Part shown: one piece after another, positions 38,001 to 51,671 of the stretch | Layout: the number at the start of each line of letters is the position of its first letter | How positions within the stretch are numbered: position 1 is the first letter of the stretch | Assembly (NCBI GenBank): GCA_051362555.1 | Contig: CM120642.1 | Coordinates: 248,001-312,000, forward strand | DNA length: 64,000 nucleotides | Direction of reading: 5' to 3' | DNA from: Lingula anatina | Lineage: Eukaryota; Animalia; Brachiopoda | Program-made: the position numbers and the translations under genes | The notes under the pieces: model-generated | What the model saw: only the letters and a program-made list of their open reading frames with translations | What the model was told of the DNA's origin: nothing | Database searches by the model: none

Positions 38001-41000
38001 GCGCTATCGTTTTTTTATCAGGATACTCGGTGTGAAATAACGATCGGTAGTTTTGCTGAGGCGCCCAATAGCATCGTCAACAGTAGGGATTTCAATAAGA
38101 GAACAAGAGAAACAACTTAGAGCCGCAATAAAGATAGTCATAATTGCTTTATTGTGTTGTTCGGATCGTTCACGATCTCCCGCCGACGATCTTCTGCTAA
38201 CGAAGTTCCTTGAACAAATATGGAAATTGCCTTGTCGTCTCGCTCGGAACGCTATCCATCTCCCGCTGACGAAATGAAAATTGTCCTGTATGCTTGCTTA
38301 TATTGCTGACGATCTCCTGCTGACGAATCCGGCAACAAAGTCCCTTGAACGGCTATGAAACTTGCCTTATCGTCGCGCTCAGATCGCTTACAATCACCCA
38401 TTGACAAGATTCAAGTCTCTTGAAGAATATGAAAAGTGCCTCCCCTTCTTGTTCGAATCGCTAACAAATATGAAAATTGCTTTTTCAGTTTCGTCTAGAC
38501 TACTTACCATTCGCATGTTTGTTTAGAGACGGTTTAAATGCCAAAAAGCGTGGTTGCAAAACGCAACCGTTTATATCGTGCCCTGCACCCAGGGGCCGTA
38601 AACCTCCACCCCCCCCCCCCCCCACCCCCACCCCCAACCTCGTATATTTGTTCGTAGACAACGACCGGCGGAAAATGACCGTAATACACAATTTCACTTC
38701 CGCGGTGAAGGCTACCTCTGCATTGTACATAACGATATGCGGTCGTAGTGGCTTCCGTGCACGGCGCAGAGAGACCGTTATGCCCAGTCCGGCGTCTGCA
38801 GTGAAGGTTACGTATGCATGCGTCGTAGACACCTACATGCGTACGTCGAGGAGACGCTGCACACGCACGTAAAGCTCCGCCCGTCTTCAACGGTGAAGGC
38901 AACCAACCTGGTCGCGGTAGACATTAACCGCCGATGAAGACTACATGTGCGCCATAGACACCGATCGGCTGACGTCTGGGTTTCAGAGGAGGGAAGGAAG
39001 AGACGGTAACACTGAGCCCGGTGTGGCAAGAGTGCACGTCCTAGTGTCCGCCCGGACACTAAGTCCTAGGAATGCAATTCCTAGTGCATGCATTGAATGG
39101 AAGTCATAGGGCATTCATTACTAAGTAAGATTCAAAGTCCGCAGGACGATAGTTTCCAAGTACTGCAGGTCCTTGAAAATGCAATATATAATGTTCTGTA
39201 ATATTTCTTTACTATTTGGGCGCTTTGATGCTTAAAAAAAAAAGTTGTAAGTGTAATGATCACGGAACTTCGAACACATGTAAGGCATTAAAAACACCAA
39301 TACACATTTTGCTACAACAAGTAAAACGGGCGGGGGAAAGGGGGGCTGTCAAAGGTAGGTCTCAGGCCGATTCATGAATACTTATCTTACGAGCTTGCAC
39401 GCTAACCACTACACAGACGAGCTGAATTTCCAAACAGTCCATTTTTGTCATGTATATGGCACATCAGAAGGATTTTCATATAAGCCTATCATTTAACCGT
39501 CTTACTGAATAAGGATAGTACTTTCAAATGGCCGGACTTCCATTACTGTCATAGGTGTAACAGGAATAAAAGTCCGCCGGTAATACAAATCCTACTTACT
39601 ATAATTATGAGCCAGGAACCCAAGACCCAGTAGGACTACTATTTCCAAGTAATGGTAGTCCTACGGAAAACCATTAACAGGACAGGAGAGACGGACTTGG
39701 GAGACTTGGGTTACTGTTACACAGGCTTTCAGGGTAAAGGTAAAGTGATCGGGGTAAACGCTAATCGCCGGCCATCTCTCGTCCGCCCACTCCCGTTCTG
39801 AGCCCTTGGATCGTTTTCGGACAACGACAATTAGTTTCTGGCTGTCAGTAAAGCTTTTGAAAAACGACACTACGATGCTGTTTTGCGTCCCTGGCCAACA
39901 GAACACATTGTCACCTAACACCTTGGGCCGTACACATGCATTGATCGGGTGAAATACCCTTTCCCTTTGGGAATGGTATTTAAAACCACCACTAGAGGGA
40001 AGCCTAGGCTGCGGGCTCGGGATTGGTCAGCCAGCTCACGTGGCGCATTCAAAATAATTGGCAGTTAGAGCCTGGCAGCCGTTAAAGCTGTACAGCAGCG
40101 TGTAAGGGCGCTCGAGCCCATTTTGCTTCAATTAAAAGCGGCTTAAGCATAAGCGTAGAAGATTTTTTTGTTCTTTTCTCCCTGACAATGGCTGAAGAAT
40201 TCCAGTCTTGGGTGGAGGCTAACGAGCTCTCGGAAGACACGGTAGAAATCTTAAAGGATGCAGGATTCTTCTCACTCAGGAGTTGCAAGAAACTCACAGA
40301 GCCACTCATTCAAAGACATTTCAGTAAATCTCTACCGCTGGCTCAGATCCTCCTTCTCCAAGATGCGGTGCTTACCCTACAACAAGAACATAGTGCTCAG
40401 CCACAGAACAACCAGAGTCCAGCTACGTCTAACAGTGTGTCTGCTGCAACCTCTACTCCCGAAACTGGAGACAAGAAAACCCAAGACGAGGCCCCAGCCA
40501 TCTTGCCAGGGACATCCGGGACCCCTAATATGGCGGCCCCCAGCGCGCAAACTGAAACAGGAAACACCGGGGACCTCGATTACACCAGGTTATGCCAACT
40601 ACTAGACATTGGGAACGGGAATGGGAATCAACCAAACATAGTTCATCAGAGAGAGCACGACGGTAAGGGGATTTTTGATCCTTTTTCAACTCCTAATAGA
40701 CAAAGAAAACTTAACAAGCATTGCGACATACGTAGCTATGTAATGTTTGCAGACAAATTTGAAGCGAAAAGTGACACACCAGTCCGTATTGGCGATTTAC
40801 AACTTACCCTCTCCGACAGAAAACTTCCCCTGAAGCGCATTTCCCCACTGCAATACACAGAAGCGTCGATGAAAATATTAAGGGAAATGGTGGCCGACGA
40901 CGGCGCGGACATTAAAACAGTCATGGACTACACCAGCTACGTGACAAAAGTGGCATGCATGGGTCAATCTTTTAATTGGCAATCAGTCTTACGCTTCGAC

Positions 41001-44000
41001 GCAGAGTATAGGAAATCTCAGAGCGAGATGGGATTTCCATGGGGAACCGACAGCGCCTTTCTCATGCAGGTGTTGTAAAAACCGAATTCAACCCAACCAA
41101 CAACCAGAGGGAAACAAACAAAATTGGACACAGCGACGGGTAGACCCATTTGTATGAAATTTAACGGTCGCCAGGGCTGCTCTTTCCCGAACTGCCGTTA
41201 TGTTCACGTGTGTGTAGCCTGTTCCAGTACTACTCATGGGGAATACACGCACAAGCAGCAAGGGACCAGTCCCACAGCAAGAAATCCTTCGCATTGACAA
41301 ACGCACGCCGCAAAAGAATCTCCGCTGCACAAAAACACTCAAAAATGGGAAAAGGAACTACAAGGAGATACAGACCATGATTTTATAATTAATGGTATTC
41401 GGGAGGGCTTCCGAATAGTCGACGATTTAGATCTGGATCGCATCACGAGAACTGAAGTAGAAAACAGTAGATCCGCTACTTGCGAAGCTTTCAAGCATAA
41501 AGTTGAGACTCAAATAAAAACAGAAATAGAGGAGGGTCACTATATTGAACTAGAACTCCAGCCTACGATAATTAGTGCAATTTCCGCAGTGCCAAAACCT
41601 GACGGCGGCATCCTTCTTATTCACTAATTCACTAATTCACTCACATTCCTTCACTAATACAGGTAATCTCAATAAAGCAATGCACAACCTAAAACAAAAA
41701 GCATCGAAGGCCATGTTTGCACTAAAAAGCACTTTATCCTCCCAAAACATATCTTCCCCACTATTACAAATGAAGCTATTTGATAGAACCGTAAAACCAA
41801 TTTTGCTATATGGTAGCGAGGTATGGGGACAAGAAATTCTTAAACAAAAATCACTGGGCCTAAATAAAATCAATAACATGCCATTCGAGCAAATTCAATT
41901 AAAAATGTGCAAATGGGTTTTAGGAGTGAGAAAAACTGCCAGTAATAATGCCTGCAGAGCAGAATTGGGTAGATACCCAATCCTTACAGATATAATTAAA
42001 TCTATGCAAAAATATTACATCAGACTTAAAAATCTCCCGAATACAAGAATACTGAAACAAACATTTAACGAAGAAAAAATTTTGAAAATAGATAATTGGA
42101 CTAAAACAGTGGCGTCATTTAGACAAAATTGGGGAATTCAAAATTGGGATGAAACACCACACATAGAAAAACAAATTAATCTAAAAATTGAAGGACTCTT
42201 TTGGGAAGACTTGAGCAAGGAGGACAACAATAAACTGCGTACTTATCGAAAAGTAAAAAACTCATACGATCTCGAAAATTACTTAAAAATAAAAGCCACA
42301 AGCTCAGACAAAAAATACATTGCTAAAATGAGAATTAGTGACCATGAGCTGGCGATAGAGAAAGGCAGGCACATGAAAATCCCCCTGGAAGAGAGAATGT
42401 GCACAAGCTGTAAAACGGAAATAGAGGACGAAAAACATTTCTTCCTCATTTGTAGTAAATACCAAAGAGAGCGACAAAATATGCTCAGTTCCCTCCCAAA
42501 TACAGTGAGACAAAATTATGAATTAGCAGGCAGTGATCAGAAACTATCCATCCATCTTAACCCTCGAGACCATAAGTCACTGAAAGCAATATCACATTAT
42601 ATACAGTTAAGAGCACAGTGAAGTAGCACTCTCTTTTATGTAAGCATAATATGGTAGTTTCTGTAGTAGTCTAGACAGCAAACAATGTTAAATTGTAACA
42701 TTCAAAGCTGAATAAATTATTATTATTATTATTATTCATGATTACAGCAGACCTGAAGGGGCAGCAGTAAACGATTACGCAACAAAACAAACATTTCGAT
42801 ACGAGACTATACGGTCGGCACTGGATAAGATTAAACCAGGATATTTTCTCAGCAAAGTTGACCTCCACTCAGCATATAGAACTGTCGCGTTACACCCTTC
42901 CCAGTTAACCCTTACTGGGCTTAAATGGAACTTTGCTGGTTCAACTGAGCCAAGGACTTTAGTGGACACGAGACTCCCATTCGGGGCCCGCAAAAGCCCC
43001 GAAAATTTTCACCGGTTAACACAAGCGGTAAAGCGGATGATGGAGAAACGAGGCTTCCACGTCGTAGTTTATTTAGATGACTTTTTGGTTATAGGAGAGA
43101 CATTTGAACGATGCAAGCAGGCTTATAGCACATTAATCAATCTTTTAAGACTCCTGGGTTTTGGCATCAACTGGAAAAAAGTCTGTGACCCAACGACTCG
43201 CCTAACGTTTCTAGGCATCGTCATAGATACTGCTGAAGGTGTACTCTCTTTAGAGGAACAAAAAGTTCGCGACTTACTCCGCTTGATCCAAACATTTCAA
43301 AGCCGCGTGCGCGCCAGCAGACGTCAGCTTGAATCCCTGGCCGGGAAGTTAGTCTGGGCATCGAACGTCACCCCATGGGGTAGAACACACGAAATATATT
43401 TAACTCCATAGCTTCACTGATAAGAGCCAGTCATAAGTGCAAGCTAAACCCATTACGTAAAGACCTCCTTTGGTGGAGCAAGTGGCTCATCACGGGAAAC
43501 AATACAAAACTCATATGGGACGCGCGACCGATTCAACAGGTGTATACCGACTCCAGCATCACAGCAGGTGGAGCGTTCTACTGCGGAGATTGGTTTTACA
43601 CTAACTGGATACAGGACGCTCCTCACTAGTTAGGGGGTGAACACATCAATGTCAAGGAATTAGCATCCATCGTCCTGGCTACGTACAGGTGGTCCCCGCT
43701 GTGGAAGGCACAACGCGTCATTGTTTACACTGATAGTGAAGTGGCAATGAACATTTTAAACAAAGGGGCTTCGCCAAACACCGCCTGCAACAACCTTCTT
43801 AAGGAATTATCTCCCCTAGCGCTGAAATATGACTTTTCAATTTATGCGATCCATATAGCCGGGGAAGAAAATAAAATGACCGATTCCGTGTCACGAATGC
43901 ATGAGCCAGAATATTGCTCTCTTTTTCTCGAATTAGTCCATCACTGGTATTTAAGCTTACACAGGCAGCCGCCAGTGTATTTTCTGCAAGACCATATGAC

Positions 44001-47000
44001 TAATTCCTCTTTTTCTTTTCTTTATCCCAGGCTCCGATAGACTGAGACAACAACTAGATAATGAAGTGAACTTCTGGAGAGCTCAACTTTTCTCGGCCTC
44101 TACTAAATCAACTTATAGATCACATCTAAGAGCTTATATCAAGTTTTGTGAGGAAATTAACTGTAAACCGATTCCTATATCCCCCACCAACATCTGCAGA
44201 TACGCCGCTTACCGGGCACGATCGTGCGCTTTCTCATCTCTTCGGCAGTACCTAAACATCGTCCGGATCATCCACACGGATTTCTGACTTCCTAACCCTC
44301 TGTGTTCGTGGGAGCTGAAGACGACCCTGGGTGGTATTAAGAGACACAAAGGGGATCCGGGCTCCCAGAAAGCACCCATCCTACCACCACAGCTTTCAAA
44401 CCTACGATCATTCCTCAACCTGAACGATTTAGAACAAGCACAGACGTAGGCAGCTTGTCTGATCGCTTTCTTTGGAATGCTCAGAGTTACCAATATTACG
44501 GCCCGGTCTCAGACAGATAGCGGCCTATCTATATGTCGCCGCGGCTTGACATTTACAAAACGTGGATGCACCCTAAGAGTAACCAAATTGAAAAACAATC
44601 AGTACGGCCAGAGAACCCATATCGTTACACTCCCCTTTCGTCACGGCAGCCCTTTATGCCCCACAACAGCGCTGACAAATTTTCTGAGGATGTCCATGGA
44701 CGTCCCGGAATCTGCGCCGCTCCTTGCCACTTCTTACAACGGAGAGACCACTCTCCTCACATCGGCAGGCTTTCGTCAAAAACGTGCACGGTCACTTCGA
44801 GGGATCGGACTTTCCACCGCGACGTACAATACTCACAGTCTCCGCAGGGGAGGAGCTACGTGGTTTTTTCTATCGGTACTCCTTTAGCGATGGTGAAGGC
44901 CATGGGAGACTGGTCTAGTGACGCGGTATTCCAATACATCAAACCCTCGGCGGATATGAAATACGATGTAATGGTGGGAGCGCTGCAGAAAGTTTGAACT
45001 TGTAGTTAAATTATGAAAAACTTAAAGTAGTGGACTGGAAATTAACAACCTGTGACTGCCCCCAAAGACGAGGCCCACTGTTATATGTCTGGATGGCAGT
45101 TTTTAAGTTCAATTACGTCTATTTTCATTTTCACTCACCTACTCATACTCTGGGTTGGGAATTTTGAACAGCTGCAATTAGTAATATTGCTACCTGTATC
45201 TAAGGGTTACAACTCATTAACATACGGGTTGATGTACTTTGTTGAAGTAGTTAACGTTTACTGTAGTTATGTAATTTTATGTAAACTTTTATGTAGTTTA
45301 ATAAACTTTTAAGCCCGATAGTGGTTCTGGTTTTATATACCCTTTCCCTTTGGGAATGGTATTTAAAACCACCACTAGAGGGACGCCTAGGCTGCGGGCT
45401 CGGGATTGGTCAGCCAGCTCACGTGGCGCATTCAAAATAATTGGCAGTTAGAGCCTGGCAGCCGTTAAAGCTGGACAGCAGCGTGTAAGGGCGCTCGAGC
45501 CCATTTTGCTTCAATTAAAAGCGGCTTAAGCATTAGCGTAGAAGATTTTCCCACCCTCCCGTCCCTCATATGGGCGGAAGGCGCCTCTTACATTGGCATT
45601 ACACATTTTGCGTACATGATGTTCACTTAGTTTTTTTTTTTTAACATTTACGCTTAGTAAATGGGAATTTTGAACAGCTGCAATTAGTAATATTGCTACC
45701 TGTATCTAAGGGTTGCAACTCATTAACATACGGGCTGATGTACTTTGTTGAAGTAGTTAACGTTTACTGTAGTTATGTAATTTTATGTAAACTTTTATGT
45801 AGTTTAATAAACTTTTAAGCCCGATAGTGGTTCTGGTTTTAAACTACATGTATCCTTTGGGTCGCATTTATGGACACTCACCTTTTATATAGTGTGGTAA
45901 CTGACACAGAGAGCGTCGGGAAAAGATAACGTAAGGCCTAGCGACACCTTCCGTCAAAAATAACAGAATTTCATAAAATAATATGCATTTTTATTTCTTG
46001 CTCAAAATAAGGTCAGTATTTCAGTGACTGAGCATCTGTATTATAAGTATTTGTGTGCACTACAGTGTGCACAGTGTGCGTGCGCCTTCGGATGTGTGAG
46101 GTTGTAAGTGAAAGATGTGTGTATGAATGTGCATATACACTACATTATATTAAGACACACAATCTATTACATCTCTAGTTCTCATACTGGTGCACAGTAT
46201 CACCTTGTTTTGTTACGTATTTTTCAGTTTGTAATGTACTCTGTAATGTACTGTAGAATTTTGTATATTGTATTGTACGTTCTACAATATTAAAATAATA
46301 TTCCAGTGACTGTGCACTCATAAAAGTGTATGTATTAAGTTATAAAACTGTACGGATGTAGTGTATCTTTTTGTATTTGTAATGTAATGTGTTTTCTGAT
46401 TCTGTGATGTATTTTCATGTTCTTGTATGTTTGTCTTCTTTGTAATGTGCTGTATTATGTTTGTATATGTTTAATAATAAAATTAAAAAAAAAAAAAAGA
46501 ATTTCATAAAATTGGAACATCTGAAATTTCTGAGCATTTCCCATTTCATGAATTTCGACAAAAGCCATTTTCTTTTATTTTAATTAATTTATTTTGTACG
46601 AAATTCATGGCACATTACCGTTACTGCATAAACAGAAAGATGTCCATGCGACGTGGATGCTCATTGCAAAGAAAATCCTCAAAGCTAGCGAGAACAGCGT
46701 TATTTGCGTGCGGTTGGTAAATTCGAGCAAGGAAGTTCAAGCTTTCATTTGGCTACCAATACCCAGCGTAACCCAAAATGAATTTGTATGGTGCATTGAC
46801 AGATTTAGTTAAACTAGGTCCAACTGAACTATCTGTAGACTTCCATAGGCGCGAATATAGTTTAAAATGCAATTTATATTTGGTATCGATACTTTAAATC
46901 AACATATTCCCTTATGGTATATACCAGTATTCAGTAAACCAATAACATATAGCGCCTGGATCATTGCTTTGATTATATCAGTATTATTCTGTGCTTTAAA

Positions 47001-50000
47001 ACAAACCACCCTATATTTCAGTGCATATGCCCTTAAGTTAACAAGTTGACATTTTAGGATAGCACTGGTGACTAGAATACTCTTTTCAAGCTTCCTTACC
47101 TTTTCAATATTTTCCTGGTTTATTTCTATTACTCTTTCCATTGCCTTTGCCTGTTCCTTCATTTCCCTCTCATGTTCCTCTTGTGCTTCTTGAAGTTTGC
47201 GTTGGTTTTCCTTTTCTTTCAATTCCAAGATGTCTCGCTGTCTCTTTGCTTCAACCTCTTCCATTTTTAATCTACGGATTTCCTGTAAGACAATGGGATT
47301 GGCAAATAACTGGTAAATAAAGGTTTGCTTTGCATAATTAATACTTTGCTTAACACTTGGACATAATAACGTTATTATGTCCAAGCTTTACATAAGTTAC
47401 AGTGTAAAACAGAATTTCATAATTTCATTAAATATAATCAACTTGGAGCTGTTCAGTGATCACGTCTCTACTCATCGCTAAAAGCCTTTTCAAAAGCACC
47501 AAAAAAACTTAGGTAAGCTACCATAAAACCAATGCTACCCAGTGCCCATGGCGTTCCAGGAGTAACATACCTTGCACATTTCGAAGAATCCAGTCATATC
47601 GGATGATTCCCACCTCTCTTGCAGCATGGTCAACTTCATGGGCCCTATAGCCTGCTGCAGGTAAGACTCCTTTAGTCGGTCTAAGTCTGATTTCAGTTTT
47701 TCCCCTGTGTAGCCATCGGGTATTGGGCTCAGGCGTTGTTTCAATCCATCCAGGAGTTCCTTGAATACCTTCTCACAGTAACGACGAGACCTGTCACGAT
47801 TCTCCTGCAGGTAACGTTGCAGTTCCCCACCGGTAATATCATCATATTCTTGATTTTCGTTTGTTTGCCTCTGAACTATGGGGAAAAACAGTGGACTTTT
47901 TTTCAAAGGTATTTACATAAATTGGAAATTTTGAAAGTAGACCAATAGTTGACAACAATAATTGCCAAAGCATTACTAACATACATATAGTTTATAGCAG
48001 CTTTCAAAGTTTTTTTAAAAATATACTTGAAAAAGAAATTATATTTCAACCTACCGCGTTTTATTGGTATAGTACTCCCCTTAGGAAAACGGGCCAACCC
48101 TAATACAGTGCGTTATGTGATGAAGAAAATCATGCCACAAACCAATGCTCTTAATCCATCTTCTAAAATGATTTTTTACCAAAAAATCACTGACAGTACA
48201 ACCAATGAATAAGATAGTTATCGTAACGAATCAAAGCTAAGTTTTAGTATTTTGTCTCTGGATTGGAGGACGCACTTGACGCGTCTGGGCGTGAAGCCAA
48301 AAAGCTGTTACGTTTACAGAGTGATCCACATACATTGCAAAGATATCATGAAACAATTTTTGTTTCAAGTTATCCATTTCAGACGATATCTCACACATTC
48401 ATCAGGTTGTGATCTAGGCATAGAGCTGGCCATTGCGGTGTCTGGATCTGGTTTGCATTTAACCATCCTGATTTTGATCACACTTCCTCATTTGAGTAAG
48501 TGGTAATTAAGGATAACAGTTGTCTATTTGTACGTTGAACCCTTTTGTCGGTAGACAGGACGAGGTGTAGCTTTGTTTTCAAAACAATGGCTTGTCCTAG
48601 TGGGCTATGAGCTATACGAAAAAAGGGCTTTTAGCTCCTCGCTTTCACCCTCTACTATTGAATCGCCAATTACTTTCCTAGCACTATTTTATTGCCCTTT
48701 GAAATCTCAAACCCCCCCCCCCCCTTAAAATACGTACAAAATCACAGTGTGCTTTTCAACACTTTTGTAACAGACTACCGCACCCATTGGTCAGAGGGTA
48801 CTATTTTAATATGATTAAAGGAAGTGATTGCAATCGTCAATTAAAAATTTTAGAGATGGTAGAGAGCTTACCTTTTTCAACACTGGTCGTTTTCAAAAAG
48901 AGAGAGAGAAAGGGAGAGAGACTGAATGATACTGGGTACTGGTAGATTGTTCTCTCCTACATTTTGGCATGTTTACAAAAATGTTGATAAGTTGAGATGG
49001 GCCTTTTATCAACTTTTATTATAGATAAATAGAAATTTATTTATTCTTTATCCTATAGCATTTATTCTTTTAATAATACCAGCAAATCAAAATATTTTTT
49101 GGGGAGATACTGCTAACATGTTGACAAAATATAGCATTTTTAGCTCTTGAAAAGCTATAATTTTAAATATTCTTTTAAAAAATCCTATACATCAAATTAT
49201 TTTAGGTAATCCATATGATGGGTTAAGGAAAGAGCTTTAATAACCAATACAAATTTATCAAAATGGCACTGTCACGATTCATTCTACTAAGGCATGTTTC
49301 CCGCATACTTAAACCCCTCCCCTTCGTTGAATGCACACATCTTTTGGCAGGTTGTATCCATATGATTTTGGTATGTGTTGATAGAAAATGGTTGAAAATA
49401 TATTTTGTGAAATAAAATCTGTGTTAAACCTTGTAAAAATAGAATTATAACAATTTTAAAAAGGGCCTAACAACGTATTTTTTCATACTACTGACATGCT
49501 AAAATGTTTCTTCAACTAAATCAATACGTCATTAATTTAATTTTCTTTAGTTTTCTTATGTTGTAAGAACTAAATGTAAAATAACAATTCTAACTCTACG
49601 ACCTATTTTCAACAGGGCGGGTACACGGAATTGCCCTGGAGCAACTCCGGGGCAAATCTCATCGTCATCTCATGTCATCAGACCGGCTATTACTGGCAAA
49701 TCTTGAATATCCTTGAATACTTAAATAGGGGTTCCGTGTGTTTGAAGTATTGTGAATAAGCAATTTATATAAGATATTCTATGCTAACATATTCGTTTTC
49801 CTCACCTATCCTTGCTTTCAAAACAAAGAAAAGTTCGTCGTTGGAATCTTGTCTGTCTCCATCAGCTCCGAAGAACTCAATTTGCCTCTTTAACTCGTTG
49901 CAAACATTGTCCATAACAGCATCGTGGGTTCTCATTAAGCTTGCTCTGAAAAGACGAAACATTTCATATCAATATTGTATTCTTCTAGTTATTACCTCCG

Positions 50001-51592
50001 CCAAGGAGGTTATGTTTTCTTTCCTGTTTGTCTGTTCGTTTGTTTGTTTGTTTGCCATCAACATAACTCAAAAAGTTATGGTCCAATTTTGATGAACTTT
50101 TCAGGAACTGTCGGAAGTGACATGATTAGTTTTTGGTGGTGATCCGGGTCAATAATCAATTAATAATCAATAATAATCAAAAATCGCTGCCTTGGCGGAG
50201 GTCTGCGCTCTCGGAGTGCTTGACTAGTTGGGTACATACAATATGTCACATCTTTTTTTAGAATTGCATAGGCTGTTTTCGTGTCACCACATACATTTAC
50301 TGAATTCTTCATAACAATTTTTAAAATTATTATATATTAAGACTGTACTTGAATGTTCTTTTTAACAGCATCTACTTTTACATTCTGATTTAATCGGGTT
50401 TATATAGCTTCTTAAATCTTACTTTTTAGGATCATCATCTCTTTCTTCTATAGGAAGCATCTCCGATTCTCCGAGGCAGGCTTTGTTGATCGCTTCCTAA
50501 ATACAGCAATATGGTTATATAGTTATAATATGTTCAGCTTTTAGAGGTATTTCATTACACCATTTTTCAATTGTAAAAAATTGACTCAGAAAGTCCAGAT
50601 ATCATCGGTGAGTAATAGTGATAATAAGAAGTAATTTTTATAATATTTTAGAATCAGTTTTTGGCACTCCTATATTTCAACGTCTCAAAAAAAAAAAAAA
50701 AAAAAAAAAATACGCCATAATATTTTGATGACCATTAAGTAGCAAAGTCAAGATTATAGAAATATGATGTTTCATTCACTATAACCGTTGATTTCATGAC
50801 TGTTTTTGGTACATCCTGAAAATAATCTTATTTAATTCCAAGAGATAGGTATGACATTTGAGAAGCTATGGTTTCGTCAATGAATTTAAAGGGGTGAGTA
50901 GGGTTTTATTGGCCCTTAACGTATTCTCATACTTTAGAGTGAAGTAAACGCCATAATTTATTTTTAAAAATTGAATTACCCCTCTGCGATTTGTTTGTCG
51001 GAAGAATTTGACAATTTGTTAAGGCAAAAGTAAAAAAAAACTTGTAGGTCCACTTGTTCGTACATAGTTTAGGTATAAAGCCTCGGTCACAACCGGACGC
51101 AGGGATTTTAGGATCGTACGTTCCCTACAAATTTTTGGTGCAGTGGAGGCCGTGGATTTGGTAGAGGTAGAGGAGGTAGAGCCGCAGGGTCCAAGGGAGA
51201 TATTCTTTCAAGCAAGGACGCTAATTGCAAAGTGCGATGGCCGTGGAAATTGTTCTCAGTTCTTGAGTTTGTTTTGATACCTGTAATAATAATCTTTATT
51301 GATATAAGGCAACCACGAAGGTTGAAGTTACACACACACACACACACACACATCACGGAGAATATAATGGATTCACTTTGGAAGAGTGCTCTACCCATGG
51401 TGACGGACCATGGGGAGCTGATATAGAAAGACAAGAAAACGAACAAAGTTAATCTGTTATCTTCATGTTAATTGATATAAGGCCCTGCAGCCGTTTCGGC
51501 CCGGAGGCCTCATCAGGGGCGCAAACAGATCAAAATACAACAGAAGACTATTATAACAATTAACATGGAGATGACAGGTTAACTTTGTTCGG

Positions 51593-51671
<79 letters not shown>

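Larger units (their letters stand above)
39954..45841 (+). mobile_element. Ngaro-type (DIRS order) tyrosine-recombinase retrotransposon, decayed but structurally complete
   Basis: Split direct repeats A1 39954-40166, B1 45156-45335, A2 45337-45549, B2 45662-45841; gag-like, RT, RNase H and YR ORFs in order. Confidence 0.92.

Noticed and set aside
44040-44997. Prophage or bacterial integrase (contamination or HGT)
   Set aside because: The recombinase is embedded in a gag-RT-RNaseH element with split direct repeats, so it is a eukaryotic YR retrotransposon.
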